64,000 nucleotides of DNA, taken from assembly GCA_012728915.1 (NCBI GenBank), contig JAAYEC010000015.1:23082-87081 (forward strand), written 5' to 3'. Shown here piece by piece: positions 1 through 9,807 of this stretch. The DNA is from Deltaproteobacteria bacterium (lineage in GTDB: Bacteria; Desulfobacterota; Syntrophia; Syntrophales; UBA2192). How positions within the stretch are numbered: the first letter of the stretch is position 1; each line of letters begins with the position of its first letter. The position numbers and the translations under genes are program-made. The notes beneath the pieces were generated by a model, which saw only the letters and a program-made list of their open reading frames with translations, ran no database searches and was not told where the DNA came from.

Positions 1-1063
1 TGGAAAGGCGACGGACGAGCTGCGGTCGTTTGCGCGGCGGGCAAAGCTCCCCGTCACGTCGACGCTCATGGGTCTCGGGGCCTTCCCGGGCTCGGACCCC
101 CTCTTCCTGGGGATGCCGGGGATGCACGGCACGTACTTCGCCAACATGGCGATCAGCCACTGCGATCTTCTCATCTGCATCGGCGCCCGCTTCGACGACC
201 GGGTGACGGGAAAGATCGACACCTTCGCGCCCAACGCCCAGATCATCCACATCGACGTGGACCCCTCGTCGATCAACAAGAACATCGTCGTGGATCTGCC
301 CATCGTGAGCGACGCCAGGGGCGCCCTGGAGAACATCAACCGCCTGCTCAAGGACAACAACTACACGGCGACCGACGCGGAGCGGAAGGACTGGTTGGAC
401 GAGATCGCGGGATGGAAGAAGAAGGCCCCCCTGTCCTACTGCCAGGATGCGCAGCACATCAAGCCCCAATGCGTCGTCGAGACCCTCCACGAGCTGACGA
501 AGGGCAAGGCCATCATCACGACCGAGGTGGGGCAGAACCAGATGTGGGCGGCCCAGTTCTACCGCTACGACGACCCCAACACCTTCATCTCCTCGGGCGG
601 CCTCGGGACGATGGGCTACGGATTCCCGGCGGCGATGGGCGTAAAGCTCGCCTTCCCCGACCGGATCGTCGTGGACATCGCCGGCGACGGGAGTATCCAG
701 ATGAACATCCAGGAAATGGCCACGTGCATGCAGTACGGCATCCCCGTGAAGATCGTCCTGCTCAACAACGGCTACCTCGGCATGGTCCGGCAGTGGCAGG
801 AGCTCTTCTATGAGAAGCGATACTCCAACACGGACATGACCTTCCAGCCCGATTTCGTAAAGGTCGCCGAGGCCTACGGATGGCAGGCCCTGCGGGCGAC
901 GAGGCCCGATGAGATCAAGGCCGTCCTCGAGCAGGGGCTCTTCACCGACCGGCCCTGCCTGATGGACTTCCAGGTCGCCCGCGAGGAGTGCGTCTACCCC
1001 ATGGTGAGACCGGGGGCCTCGATCAGCGAGATGACGCTGGGGACGCGGGAGATGACGAATTAG
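1..1063 (+). CDS. ilvB: Acetolactate synthase (AHAS) large subunit, C-terminal ~350 aa; 5' end lies off the window
   Basis: The reading frame is open from the left edge. It carries ThDP-enzyme C-terminal motifs (GGLGTMGYGFPAAMG, IAGDGSIQMNIQE, LNNGYLGMVRQWQ) and is followed by ilvN and ilvC. Confidence 0.92.
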   Translation, partial: GKATDELRSFARRAKLPVTSTLMGLGAFPGSDPLFLGMPGMHGTYFANMAISHCDLLICIGARFDDRVTGKIDTFAPNAQIIHIDVDPSSINKNIVVDLPIVSDARGALENINRLLKDNNYTATDAERKDWLDEIAGWKKKAPLSYCQDAQHIKPQCVVETLHELTKGKAIITTEVGQNQMWAAQFYRYDDPNTFISSGGLGTMGYGFPAAMGVKLAFPDRIVVDIAGDGSIQMNIQEMATCMQYGIPVKIVLLNNGYLGMVRQWQELFYEKRYSNTDMTFQPDFVKVAEAYGWQALRATRPDEIKAVLEQGLFTDRPCLMDFQVAREECVYPMVRPGASISEMTLGTREMTN

Positions 1064-1249
1064 GGCCGAAGGCCCCGGCTCAGGGCACAAGGCGAAAGGC
1101 TAAAGGCAGAATGAACCGGTTTCCTGCCCTTACGCCATACGCCTGAAGCCATTTGCCGAAACCAGTGCAGGGAAAAGCGACAGACCGGCGATGCGAACCC
1201 GACAGCTCGCGGCCGGACGAATATCATGACCAAAGGAAGGCGCGGAAGC

Positions 1250-1735
1250 ATGGAAAAGAGAGAAAACGTCATATCCCTTCTCGTACACAACAAGCCCGAC
1301 GTGCTGGCCCGGGTGGCGGGAACGCTTGGCGGCAAGGGGTACAACATCGAGTCCCTGTGCGTGGACGCCACGGCCAACCCCGAGATCTCGAAGATCATCC
1401 TCACCACGATCGGCACGAAGGCGACCATCCAGAAGATCGAGGCGCAGCTCGAGCGGCTCATCGACGTGATCAGGGTGGAGAACCTCACCGACGTGGAGAC
1501 GGTCAAACGGGAGCTGGCGCTCATCCGGATGAACCTCACGGCGGACAACAAGAACGAGCTGATCCGGACGGTCAACAGGCTCAACTGCAAGATCCTGACC
1601 TTCAACTCGGACCACTGCGTCCTGGAGTTCAGGGGAACCAAGGCCGAGGTCGACCGGGTGCTGGAGACCCTCAAGCCGCTGGGCCTCGACGATATCGCCC
1701 GCACGGGCATCGCCGCCCTGGAGCGGAAAAACTGA
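1250..1735 (+). CDS. ilvN: Acetolactate synthase small (regulatory, ACT-domain) subunit
   Basis: The ACT motif ISLLVHNKPDVLARVAGTLGGKGYNIESL is present. An AAGGAAGG Shine-Dalgarno precedes ATG 1250; ATG 1226 is an alternative start. Confidence 0.88.
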   Translation: MEKRENVISLLVHNKPDVLARVAGTLGGKGYNIESLCVDATANPEISKIILTTIGTKATIQKIEAQLERLIDVIRVENLTDVETVKRELALIRMNLTADNKNELIRTVNRLNCKILTFNSDHCVLEFRGTKAEVDRVLETLKPLGLDDIARTGIAALERKN

Positions 1736-1857
1736 AGACGCCGCGGAAGGCCGTGTCCTGCATCCCCCGTCCGCAGGACGAGAGGGGGGATTTGCCCTTT
1801 TTCGGCCCTTGCGTCGCACGCAACCCATCAAACCCAACTCGAACGAAGGAGGAACCC

Positions 1858-2901
1858 ATGTCAAAGCTCAACATCGGCGGGGTGGTCGAAGACGTCATCA
1901 CCTCTGAGGAGTTCACCCTGGAGAAGGCCCGCGAGGCCCTCAAGAACGAGGTGGTGGCCATCGTCGGCTACGGCGTCCAAGGACGGGGCCAGGCCCTGAA
2001 CCTGCGCGACAACGGGATCAACGTCATCGTCGGCGAAGAGTACAACACGAAGAAGGCCGAGGAGGAAGGCTGGGTGCCCGGCAAGACCCTCTTCCCGCTC
2101 ATCGAGGCGGCGCAGAGGGGAACGATCATCCAGTACCTCATGTCGGATGCCCAGCAGAAGTCACTCTGGCCCCGGCTCAGGCCGACCCTCACCAAGGGCA
2201 AGGCGCTCTACTTTTCCCACGGCTTCTCCATCGTCTACAAGGAACAGACCGGGGTCGTCCCGCCCGCGGACATCGATGTCATCCTCGTGGCTCCCAAGGG
2301 CGCCGGACGCACCGTGCGCGACAACTACCTCGCGGGAAGCGGCATCAATTCGAGCTACGCCGTCTTCCAGGACGCCACGGGGCGCGCCCTCGAGCGTACG
2401 CTTGCCGTCGGCGTGGGGATCGGTTCGGGGTACCTCTTCCCGACGACCTTTGAGCACGAGGTCTGGAGCGACCTGACGGGGGAGCGCGGTGTGCTGATGG
2501 GCGCCATCGCCGGCCTCATGGAGGCGCAGTACAACCTCTTCCGCAAGCACGGCCACAGCCCCAGCGAGGCCTTCAACGAGACCGTGGAGGAACTCACCCA
2601 GAGCCTCATCCCGCTCATCGCCCAGAACGGGATGGACTGGATGTACGCCAACTGCAGCGCCACGGCCCAGCGCGGGGCCCTGGACTGGAAGAACCGCTTC
2701 CGCGATGCCGTCGCCCCCGTGTTCGACGAACTCTACGAGCGGGTGAAGTCCGGCAAGGAGACGGAGATCGTGCTGACAACGGGCGCGGCCGCCGATTACC
2801 GCGACAAGCTGGCCAAGGAGCTCGAGGTGATGCGCAACTCCGAGATGTGGCAGGCCGGCGCCGTGGTCCGCTCGCTGCGGCCGGAGCGCCGCAAGAAATA
2901 G
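1858..2901 (+). CDS. ilvC: Ketol-acid reductoisomerase (class I)
   Basis: The protein begins MSKLNIGG and carries the Rossmann motif GYGVQGRGQALNLRDNG. An AAGGAGG RBS lies just upstream of ATG 1858. The 582-aa ORF in the track is an upstream extension across the antisense of ilvN. Confidence 0.93.
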   Translation: MSKLNIGGVVEDVITSEEFTLEKAREALKNEVVAIVGYGVQGRGQALNLRDNGINVIVGEEYNTKKAEEEGWVPGKTLFPLIEAAQRGTIIQYLMSDAQQKSLWPRLRPTLTKGKALYFSHGFSIVYKEQTGVVPPADIDVILVAPKGAGRTVRDNYLAGSGINSSYAVFQDATGRALERTLAVGVGIGSGYLFPTTFEHEVWSDLTGERGVLMGAIAGLMEAQYNLFRKHGHSPSEAFNETVEELTQSLIPLIAQNGMDWMYANCSATAQRGALDWKNRFRDAVAPVFDELYERVKSGKETEIVLTTGAAADYRDKLAKELEVMRNSEMWQAGAVVRSLRPERRKK

Positions 2902-2911
2902 AACGTACAGA

Positions 2912-3000
2912 AGGTGAGAAGGTAAGAGGGTAAGAAGGTTCGAAGTCGGGGATTCTCCCTGTGGTCTGACCTTCTTACCCTCTCAACCTCTTACCCTCTC
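2912..3000. repeat. Intergenic inverted-repeat element, copy 1. Each arm is three tandem octamers RGGTRAGA plus AGGT, with a 15-bp perfect stem AGAGGGTAAGAAGGT and a 29-nt loop
   Basis: The left arm is 2912-2939 (AGGTGAGA AGGTAAGA GGGTAAGA AGGT). The right arm is 2969-3000, whose reverse complement reads GAGA GGGTAAGA GGTTGAGA GGGTAAGA AGGT. The element lies between ilvC and ilvD. Confidence 0.85.
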
Positions 3001-3085
3001 GCGGAAGGGGGAGGGAGCCAAAGGTTGACCCTCCCTTTTCCGTATGGCATATGGAAGGCATTCCGCAAGCACAAGGGAGGGAACC

Positions 3086-4753
3086 ATGCGAAGTGACCTG
3101 ATGAAGAAAGGCGTGGAGAGGGCGCCCCACCGCTCCCTCTTCAAGGCCATGGGCTACACCGACGAGGAGATCGCGCGCCCCCTGATCGGGGTGGTCAACT
3201 CCTACAACGAGATCGTCCCCGGCCACATCCACCTGCGCACTATCGCCGAGCAGGTCAAGGCGGGCATCCGCATGGCCGGCGGCACCCCCGTCGAATTCCC
3301 CGCCATCGGCGTCTGCGACGGGATCGCCATGGGGCACGTGGGCATGAAGTACTCGCTGGCGAGCCGGGAGCTCATCGCCGACTCCGTCGAGGTCATGGCC
3401 GTGGGCCACCCCTTCGACGGCCTCGTGCTCATCCCCAACTGCGACAAGATCATTCCCGGGATGCTGATGGCGGCCCTGCGGCTCAACATCCCGGCGATCT
3501 TTGTCAGCGGCGGGCCCATGCTCGCCGGGAAGCTGCGCGGCAAGCCCGTCGACCTCATCACCGTCTTCGAGGGCGTGGGCGCCGTCAAGTCGGGGAAGAT
3601 GACCGGGCGGCAGCTCAAGGAGCTCGAGGACTGCGCCTGCCCGGGCTGCGGTTCCTGCTCCGGCATGTACACGGCCAACACGATGAACTGTATGACCGAG
3701 GCCCTCGGCCTGGGGCTGCCCGGAAACGGGACTATCCTGGCGGTGGACTCCGCGCGGATACGCCTGGCCAAGGAAGCGGGCATGCGGATCCTGGAGCTCA
3801 TCAGGAAAAACATCCGGCCCCGGGACATCGCAACACCGGCGGCCTTCAAAAACGCCATTGCCGTCGACAACGCCCTGGGCGGCTCGACGAACACCGTCCT
3901 TCATCTGCCGGCCGTTGCCCACGAGGCGGGGATCCGGCTCGACCTGGAGCTCTTCAACCAGATCGGATTCAAGACCCCCAACCTCTGCAAGCTGAGCCCC
4001 GCCGGATCCCACCACATCGAGGACCTCGAGGCGGCGGGAGGCGTGCAGGCCGTCATGAAGGAGATCAGCAAGCTCGGCGTGATCGACGGGAAGGCAATGA
4101 CCGTTTCCGGGGCCACAGTCGCGAAGAACCTCAAGGAGGCCAGGGTCTGGGATTATTCGGTCATCCGCCCCGTCAAGAACCCCTACAGCCCCGACGGCGG
4201 CCTCGCCGTGGTAAAGGGGAACCTCGCCCCCGAAGGCGGCGTCGTGAAACGCTCCGCCGTGGCCCCGGCCATGCTCGTCAACGAGGGCCGCGCCCGCGTC
4301 TTCGACAGCGAGGATGACGCTATCGAGGCCATCCTGGGCGGGAAAATCAAGCCGGGAGACGTCGTCGTCATCCGGTACGAAGGGCCCAAGGGCGGGCCCG
4401 GGATGCGCGAGATGCTCGCCCCAACCTCCGCGCTGGCCGGTATGGGTCTGGCCGAGTCGGTGGCCCTCCTGACCGACGGGCGGTTCAGCGGCGGCTCCCG
4501 GGGAGCAGCGATCGGTCACATATCCCCCGAGGCGGCAGAGGGCGGTCCCATCGCGCTCGTGAAGGAAGGTGACCGCATCTCCATCGATATCCCGAAGCGC
4601 AGGATCACGCTCCGGGTGAGCGCGGAGGAGCTCAGGCGGCGAAAGAAGGCCTGGAAGCCCCCGAGGCCGAAGGTCCAGTCGGGCTACCTGTCCCGGTACG
4701 CAAGCCTCGTCACCTCCGGGAGCACGGGAGCCATCCTGAAAGACAGGGTTTGA
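3086..4753 (+). CDS. ilvD: Dihydroxy-acid dehydratase
   Basis: The protein begins [24 protein letters not shown] and carries CDGIAMG and [16 protein letters not shown] (Fe-S ligands). The full-length protein is ~555 aa. Confidence 0.94.
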   Translation: MRSDLMKKGVERAPHRSLFKAMGYTDEEIARPLIGVVNSYNEIVPGHIHLRTIAEQVKAGIRMAGGTPVEFPAIGVCDGIAMGHVGMKYSLASRELIADSVEVMAVGHPFDGLVLIPNCDKIIPGMLMAALRLNIPAIFVSGGPMLAGKLRGKPVDLITVFEGVGAVKSGKMTGRQLKELEDCACPGCGSCSGMYTANTMNCMTEALGLGLPGNGTILAVDSARIRLAKEAGMRILELIRKNIRPRDIATPAAFKNAIAVDNALGGSTNTVLHLPAVAHEAGIRLDLELFNQIGFKTPNLCKLSPAGSHHIEDLEAAGGVQAVMKEISKLGVIDGKAMTVSGATVAKNLKEARVWDYSVIRPVKNPYSPDGGLAVVKGNLAPEGGVVKRSAVAPAMLVNEGRARVFDSEDDAIEAILGGKIKPGDVVVIRYEGPKGGPGMREMLAPTSALAGMGLAESVALLTDGRFSGGSRGAAIGHISPEAAEGGPIALVKEGDRISIDIPKRRITLRVSAEELRRRKKAWKPPRPKVQSGYLSRYASLVTSGSTGAILKDRV

Positions 4754-4755
4754 TC

Positions 4756-4788
4756 AAGGAAGGGGAGCCGATAAGGCTCCCCTTCCTT
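4756..4788 (+). terminator. Perfect 14-bp hairpin immediately after the ilvD stop codon
   Basis: AAGGAAGGGGAGCC-GATAA-GGCTCCCCTTCCTT. No U-tract follows, so intrinsic-terminator function is uncertain. Confidence 0.5.
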
Positions 4789-4793
4789 GTAGA

Positions 4794-4887
4794 AAGTGAG
4801 AACGTGAGAGGGTAAGAAGGTCGGAACGTTTTGCAGACATTGGGCAGCTTCCGTTTTCCAACCTTCTCACCTTCTTACCCTCTTACC
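4794..4887. repeat. Intergenic inverted-repeat element, copy 2, with the same octamer architecture and the identical 15-bp stem AGAGGGTAAGAAGGT
   Basis: The left arm is 4794-4821 (AAGTGAGA ACGTGAGA GGGTAAGA AGGT). The right arm is 4861-4887 (ACCTTCTC ACCTTCTT ACCCTCTT ACC). The perfect stem pairs 4807-4821 with 4869-4883. Confidence 0.85.
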
Positions 4888-4899
4888 GTCGGTGTTTCA

Positions 4900-5709
4900 A
4901 TGCTCCCCTCCACCCTGCGCGCGATCGCACTTTCCCTCACGGGGGTACTCGCCTTGATGTTCTTCCTGCAGTCGCGACTCGTCTATTTTCCGGACGGGCA
5001 GATCGTCGCCACGCCGGCTGACCGGGGATTGGCCTACGAGGAGGTCCTGTTCGAGGCGGCCGACGGTGTGCAGCTTGCGGCCTGGTACGTGCCGTCGGAG
5101 GCGGGCCGGGGCGTCGTCCTCTTCAGCCACGGAAACGGCGGCAACATCTCCTACAATCTCCCCTTTGTCGAGATCCTGCACCGTGTGGGACTCTCCACGT
5201 TCCTCTATGATTACCGCGGCTACGGCCGGAGCGAAGGGCAGCCCTCCGAAGAAGGAACCTACAGCGATGCGGCCGGGGCCTGGCGATACCTGACGGAGAT
5301 CCGCAAGATTCCCGCCGGACAGGTCTTGCTCTACGGACAGTCCCTCGGCGGGCCGATCGCCGCAAAGCTCGCCCGGGAGAAAACCTCCGCAGCCCTCATC
5401 CTCGACTCCTCCTTCACGAGCTTTGTCGACATTGCGGGGCATCACTACCCGTTTCTGCCCGTGCGGTGGCTCGCCCGCTTCGATTACAACACGCTCGAGC
5501 ACGTCCGCCACGTCCGGTGCCCCGTGCTCGTCATCCACAGCCCCGATGACGAGATCGTGCCCTTCGGCCAGGGGGTCGCCCTCTACGAGGCGGCGCCGGG
5601 GCCGAAAGCCTTCGTCAAGCTGCGCGGCGGGCACAATGACGCCCTCTTTATGTCAGCCGGTGCGTACCGGGAGGGAATCGACGGGTTCCTGAAGAAAATC
5701 GGACGGTAG
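4900..5709 (+). CDS. Alpha/beta hydrolase (serine hydrolase with an N-terminal membrane anchor)
   Basis: The nucleophile elbow GQSLGG, HSPDDEIVP and GGHND are present. The TTG start at 4831 in the track would read through repeat copy 2, so ATG 4900 is preferred. Confidence 0.8.
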   Translation: MLPSTLRAIALSLTGVLALMFFLQSRLVYFPDGQIVATPADRGLAYEEVLFEAADGVQLAAWYVPSEAGRGVVLFSHGNGGNISYNLPFVEILHRVGLSTFLYDYRGYGRSEGQPSEEGTYSDAAGAWRYLTEIRKIPAGQVLLYGQSLGGPIAAKLAREKTSAALILDSSFTSFVDIAGHHYPFLPVRWLARFDYNTLEHVRHVRCPVLVIHSPDDEIVPFGQGVALYEAAPGPKAFVKLRGGHNDALFMSAGAYREGIDGFLKKIGR

Positions 5710-5954
5710 CGGTCGGGAGGGCGGCACTTTTCGTGCGTGACCGACAGGCATACCGATCTCCCCGAAACGGATCATCCGGGCCGGGGCCGCCTTCCGGTTT
5801 CTCCTGCACCTGTTCATCCGCTTCAATCTCCGGCACTGCAGTCGATTGCCGCGACGGAGAAAAACCGGTGGCATCCTTGCGGAAAATCGTGTACATTATT
5901 CACGCTTGTTGTTGCGCTTGGCCCCCACCCCAAAATGACAGAAAGGTCCCGGAA

Positions 5955-7574
5955 ATGAGAGCGAAACCGATCCTCATCGCATCCCTGGCGACATGGCTAT
6001 GCCTTGTCGCCCTGGCCGGCTGGTCCGCGCCGCCGTCGTCGGTGGAACAGGTGCCGCGCCTGTCGAACGAAGACGTCCGGAACATGCTCGGGAAGCCCGA
6101 TGTCGTCATCGTGGACATCCGCTATATCAAGCAGTACGAAGAAAGCGACAGGCATATCCCCGGGGCGGTCTTCACCCAGCCGGACAAACTCGACGAATTC
6201 GTCAAAAACCATCCAAAGAAGGACGCCACTTACGTCCTCTACTGAGCCTGACCCCAGGAGTACACGGCCGCCCGGGTGGCGGTTGAGCTTTACAAGCGGG
6301 GATACACGAAGGCCTACACGATCGAGGGCGGATGGAACGGATGGGTCAAGGCGAACTTCCCCACGGAGCAGAAAGAGGTAACCTCGGCGAAAAACTGTGT
6401 CCTGTGCCACACGGCCATGACCCCCGGGATCGTGGCGGACTGGAAGCTGAGCAAGCACAGCCAGAAGGGGGTCGATTGCGCCGTCTGCCACGGCGACAAG
6501 CACTTCTCCCTCCAGACGGTCGCCCTGGCCGAGGTCCCGACGCCAGAACGCTGCGCCTACTGCCATGGCCCAAAGGTCAAGGAGTTCAAGGACGGCAAAC
6601 ACGCCAAGGCCTGGGCCTCCCTGAAGGCCATGCCCACCTTCCACATGCAGCCCATGGCGTTGATGGACGGCATGAAAGGGTGCGGGGGCTGCCACAAGAT
6701 CGGCACTAAAACAGACAATGAAATCAAAGAGTTGCGCAAACAGGGCGGCCAGTTCGGGGTCGCCTCCTGCGACGCCTGTCACACCCGGCACGTCTTCTCG
6801 AGGAAGGAAGCCCTGCAGCCCCAGGCCTGCCGGACCTGCCACATGGGCATCGACCACCCCCAGTGGGAGATGTATTCCTCCTCTAAGCATGGCGTGCGCT
6901 ACCTGCTGAAGCAAGCGGGCGTCCTGCCCGAGAGCGCCGCAGCGCCCACCTGCCAGAGCTGCCACATGACGGGCGGCAACCACGCCGTGCGGACGGCCTG
7001 GGGGTTCGTGGCCGTCAGGCTCCCCATGCCCGAGGACAAGAAGTGGGCGGCTGACCGGACGACGGTCATCAAGGGTCTTGGTGCTCTCGACCCGTCGGGA
7101 AAACCGACGGCGCGCCTCGGCGTTCTCAAGGACCTGGACATCTTCCGGACCACCCAGGAGGACTGGCAGAAGGAACGGGACCGGATGTTTGCCAACTGCC
7201 GTCAGTGCCATTCGTCCAACTTCGCCAAGGCCGAACTCGAGAAGGGCGACCAGATGATCCGCGAGGCGGACCGGCTGCTCGCCGAGGGGATCGAGATCGT
7301 GGCCGGCCTCTACCGGGACAAGATCATTGCCAGGCCGGCCCATTACGCCTACCCCTATCCCGATCTGCTGGCCTTCCACGACGCCCCGACGTCGATCGAG
7401 CAGAAGCTCTACCTCATGTTCCTGGAACACCGGATGCGGACCTTCCAAGGCACCTTCCACGCCAACCCCGACTACGCCCTCTGGTACGGATGGAGCAAGA
7501 TGGTCTCGGACATCACGGAGATCCGTAAGATGGCGGCCGACCTGAGGAAGGAGAAGAAAGCGGAAAGGCGATAG
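5955..7574 (+). CDS. Exported rhodanese domain fused to an HAO-like octaheme cytochrome c. Two in-frame TGA codons (6243-6245, 6249-6251) are candidate selenocysteines (U-A-U)
   Basis: The signal peptide is MRAKPILIASLATWLCLVALAGWS. The rhodanese N-half ends ...DATYVLY. Then come TGA-GCC-TGA, and the same frame continues PQEYTAARVAVELYKRGYTKAYTIEGGWNGWVKANFP. Eight CXXCH motifs follow (CVLCH, CAVCH, CAYCH, CGGCH, CDACH, CRTCH, CQSCH, CRQCH), and then an HAO-type C-terminal region (CRQCHSSNFAKAELEKGD, FHANPDYALWYGWS). Confidence 0.65.
6265..6285 (+). promoter_or_regulatory. Candidate bacterial SECIS-like hairpin serving the two UGAs of the rhodanese-cytochrome gene
   Basis: The sequence is CGGCCGCC-CGGGU-GGCGGUUG. 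The stem is 8 bp (6 Watson-Crick plus 2 G-U) and the apical loop contains GU. The loop lies ~31-33 nt after the first UGA and ~25-27 nt after the second. Confidence 0.4.
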
Positions 7575-7759
7575 AGACGGAGACCCGCTGAGAACGCCCC
7601 CCGATTCGGGCATTGCCGGCGGGCGCCGGGATATCCTGGGGGACGGGGGTGAATCCCGCCGAAACGAGGCGCTTCCCGCCGGAAGCGCCTTTCGCTTTTT
7701 CCCTCCCTTTACAAACATTCGGGGCGGCCCCATATTGGACGTGTGTAAGGGCTTTGACC

Positions 7760-8875
7760 ATGAGCAAGAGCACTGGGATCATCGCCGCGTTCCTTGCCGT
7801 TTTGTTGCTGAGCTGCCAGGGCACGGAAACGGGGGCCATCGAGGAGAAGAAACCCATGACGAAGGAAAACGCAGCCACGGGGGTCGCCACCTTTGCGGGC
7901 GGCTGTTTCTGGTGCACCGAATCGGATTTCGAAAAGGTGCCGGGGGTCGTGAGGGTCATCTCGGGGTATACGGGCGGCAAGAAAGAGAACCCCACCTACG
8001 AGGAGGTCTCCAGCGGCTGGACAGGCCACGTGGAGGCCGTCCAGGTCCACTACGACCCGGGCAGGATTACCTACGAGCAGCTCCTGGATGTCTTCTGGAG
8101 GCACATCGACCCGACGGACACAGGCGGGCAGTTCGTCGACCGGGGCTCCCAGTACCGCAGCGCGGTCTTTTACCACGACGAGGAGCAGAGGCGGCTCGCC
8201 GAGGCCTCGCGCGATGCCCTTGCCCGTTCCGGGAAGTTCACTCGGCCCGTCACGACGGAAATGCTCCCGTTGACGAAATTCTACGAGGCCGAGGACTACC
8301 ACCAGGACTACTACAAGAAGGATCCCCTGCGTTACCGTCTCTACAGGGCCGGATCGGGGCGGGATTCGTTTCTGAAAAAGACCTGGGGCGACGAGAAGCC
8401 GCAATCGCCGGCCCCCGCCTCAAAGACCTGGCCGAAGCCCGACGAGGAGACCCTCAAGCAGACGCTCACGCCGCTGCAGTACCAGGTGACGCGGAGGGGC
8501 GGGACGGAGCCGCCTTTCCGGAACGAGTACCACGACAACAAGCGCGAGGGGATCTACGTGGACATCGTCTCGGGAGAGCCCCTGTTCAGCTCGCTGGACA
8601 AATATGATTCCGGAACGGGGTGGCCGAGCTTCACGAAGCCGCTGGAGCCGGGAAATGTGGTTGAAAGGCCGGACCGGAGTCACCTCATGGTCCGCACGGA
8701 GGTGCGCAGCCGGCACGGCGACTCCCACCTCGGCCACGTCTTCCCCGACGGCCCCGCGCCGACGGGGCGGCGCTACTGCATGAACTCGGCTGCCCTGCGC
8801 TTTATCCCGAAAGAAAACCTGGAAAAGGAGGGATACGGGAACTATCTCGGACTTTTCGAGGAAAAACAGCCTTGA
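7760..8875 (+). CDS. msrAB: Bifunctional methionine sulfoxide reductase MsrA-MsrB lipoprotein
   Basis: A lipobox LLLSC is present. MsrA is identified by [11 protein letters not shown], and MsrB by [33 protein letters not shown] and [11 protein letters not shown]. Confidence 0.9.
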   Translation: MSKSTGIIAAFLAVLLLSCQGTETGAIEEKKPMTKENAATGVATFAGGCFWCTESDFEKVPGVVRVISGYTGGKKENPTYEEVSSGWTGHVEAVQVHYDPGRITYEQLLDVFWRHIDPTDTGGQFVDRGSQYRSAVFYHDEEQRRLAEASRDALARSGKFTRPVTTEMLPLTKFYEAEDYHQDYYKKDPLRYRLYRAGSGRDSFLKKTWGDEKPQSPAPASKTWPKPDEETLKQTLTPLQYQVTRRGGTEPPFRNEYHDNKREGIYVDIVSGEPLFSSLDKYDSGTGWPSFTKPLEPGNVVERPDRSHLMVRTEVRSRHGDSHLGHVFPDGPAPTGRRYCMNSAALRFIPKENLEKEGYGNYLGLFEEKQP

Positions 8876-8938
8876 AGTGATTGGTCCAAATCGGGCATCC
8901 AATGCCCGGTGGAATGCCGTGTCGAGGAGGAAAGCACA

Positions 8939-9703
8939 ATGGGGCCGATCAGGGTCATGCCCTGCCTGGACATGAAAAACGGCCGCGTCGTCAAGGGGGT
9001 TCACTTCGTGGACATCCGCGACGCGGGCGACCCCGTGGAAAGCGCCGCCTTCTATGAGAGGGAAGGGGCCGACGAGCTGGCGATGCTGGACATCGCCGCG
9101 ACAGTCGAAAACCGCAAGACCCGCCTCGAGTGGGTCCGGCAGGTCTCGGCCGTCATCACCATCCCCCTGACTGTCGGGGGCGGGATCAACTGCCTGGAGG
9201 ACGTCGGGCTCGCCCTCGGGGCCGGCGCCTCCAGGGTCTCCATGAACAGCGCCGCCGTGAAGAACCCGGAGCTCATCCGGGAGGCGGCAAGGGCGCACGG
9301 GTCGGCCAGGGTCACCGTCGCCATCGATGCGCGACGCAACAGGGCCATGCCCTCGGGCTTCGAACTGGTCATTGCGGGCGGCACCGTCCCCGCGGGCAAG
9401 GACGCCGTCGCCTGGGCAAAACAGTGCCAGGCCCTCGGGGCGGGAGTCATCCTGCCGACGAGCATGGACGGCGACGGGACCCTGGCCGGCTACGATCTCG
9501 AGTTCACGAAGGCGATCGCCGACGCGGTCACCGTGCCCGTCGTGGCCTCCGGCGGGGCCGGCAAACTGGAGCACTTCTACGAGGCCGTCGTGAAGGGCGG
9601 GGCAAGCGTCGTCCTGGCCGCCTCGGTCTTCCACGACCGGACCTTCAGCATACGCCAGGTAAAGGAACACCTGCGGGACAGGGGTCTTCGCGTGAACCTG
9701 TAG
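8939..9703 (+). CDS. hisF: Imidazole glycerol phosphate synthase cyclase subunit
   Basis: IRVMPCLDMKNGRVVKGVHFVDIRDAGDPVE is present, followed by SMDGDGTLAGYD and VVASGGAG. Confidence 0.9.
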   Translation: MGPIRVMPCLDMKNGRVVKGVHFVDIRDAGDPVESAAFYEREGADELAMLDIAATVENRKTRLEWVRQVSAVITIPLTVGGGINCLEDVGLALGAGASRVSMNSAAVKNPELIREAARAHGSARVTVAIDARRNRAMPSGFELVIAGGTVPAGKDAVAWAKQCQALGAGVILPTSMDGDGTLAGYDLEFTKAIADAVTVPVVASGGAGKLEHFYEAVVKGGASVVLAASVFHDRTFSIRQVKEHLRDRGLRVNL

Positions 9704-9807
9704 CCGCCCGCCGCAAAGCCGGACATTCCGGCGCTCCAGCAGGGCAATCCCTTGGATTTGCGGCATCTCCGAGAAAAAACCGCTTGCCCGGCAGTCCGAT
9801 TAGCGGT

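Noticed and set aside
1153-2901. A 582-aa ORF that suggests a large fusion protein ahead of ilvC.
   Set aside because: The first ~235 codons are Arg/Gly/Pro-rich out-of-frame sequence overlapping ilvN. A strong RBS and ATG at 1858 give a normal-length ketol-acid reductoisomerase.
2975-4519. Long antisense ORFs, such as the 514-aa ORF opposite ilvD. Others are 5997..7733, 10480..12519, 15261..16829, 18199..19560, 37708..39948 and 60024..61577.
   Set aside because: These are typical stop-poor antisense frames in high-GC DNA. Their products are low-complexity (R/G/P/A-rich), and the opposite strand encodes clearly recognisable proteins.
5868-5885. TGGCATCCTTGCGG upstream of the rhodanese-cytochrome gene, considered as a sigma-54 promoter.
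   Set aside because: The GG and GC dinucleotides are only 7 nt apart instead of 10, so the spacing is incompatible with -24/-12 recognition.
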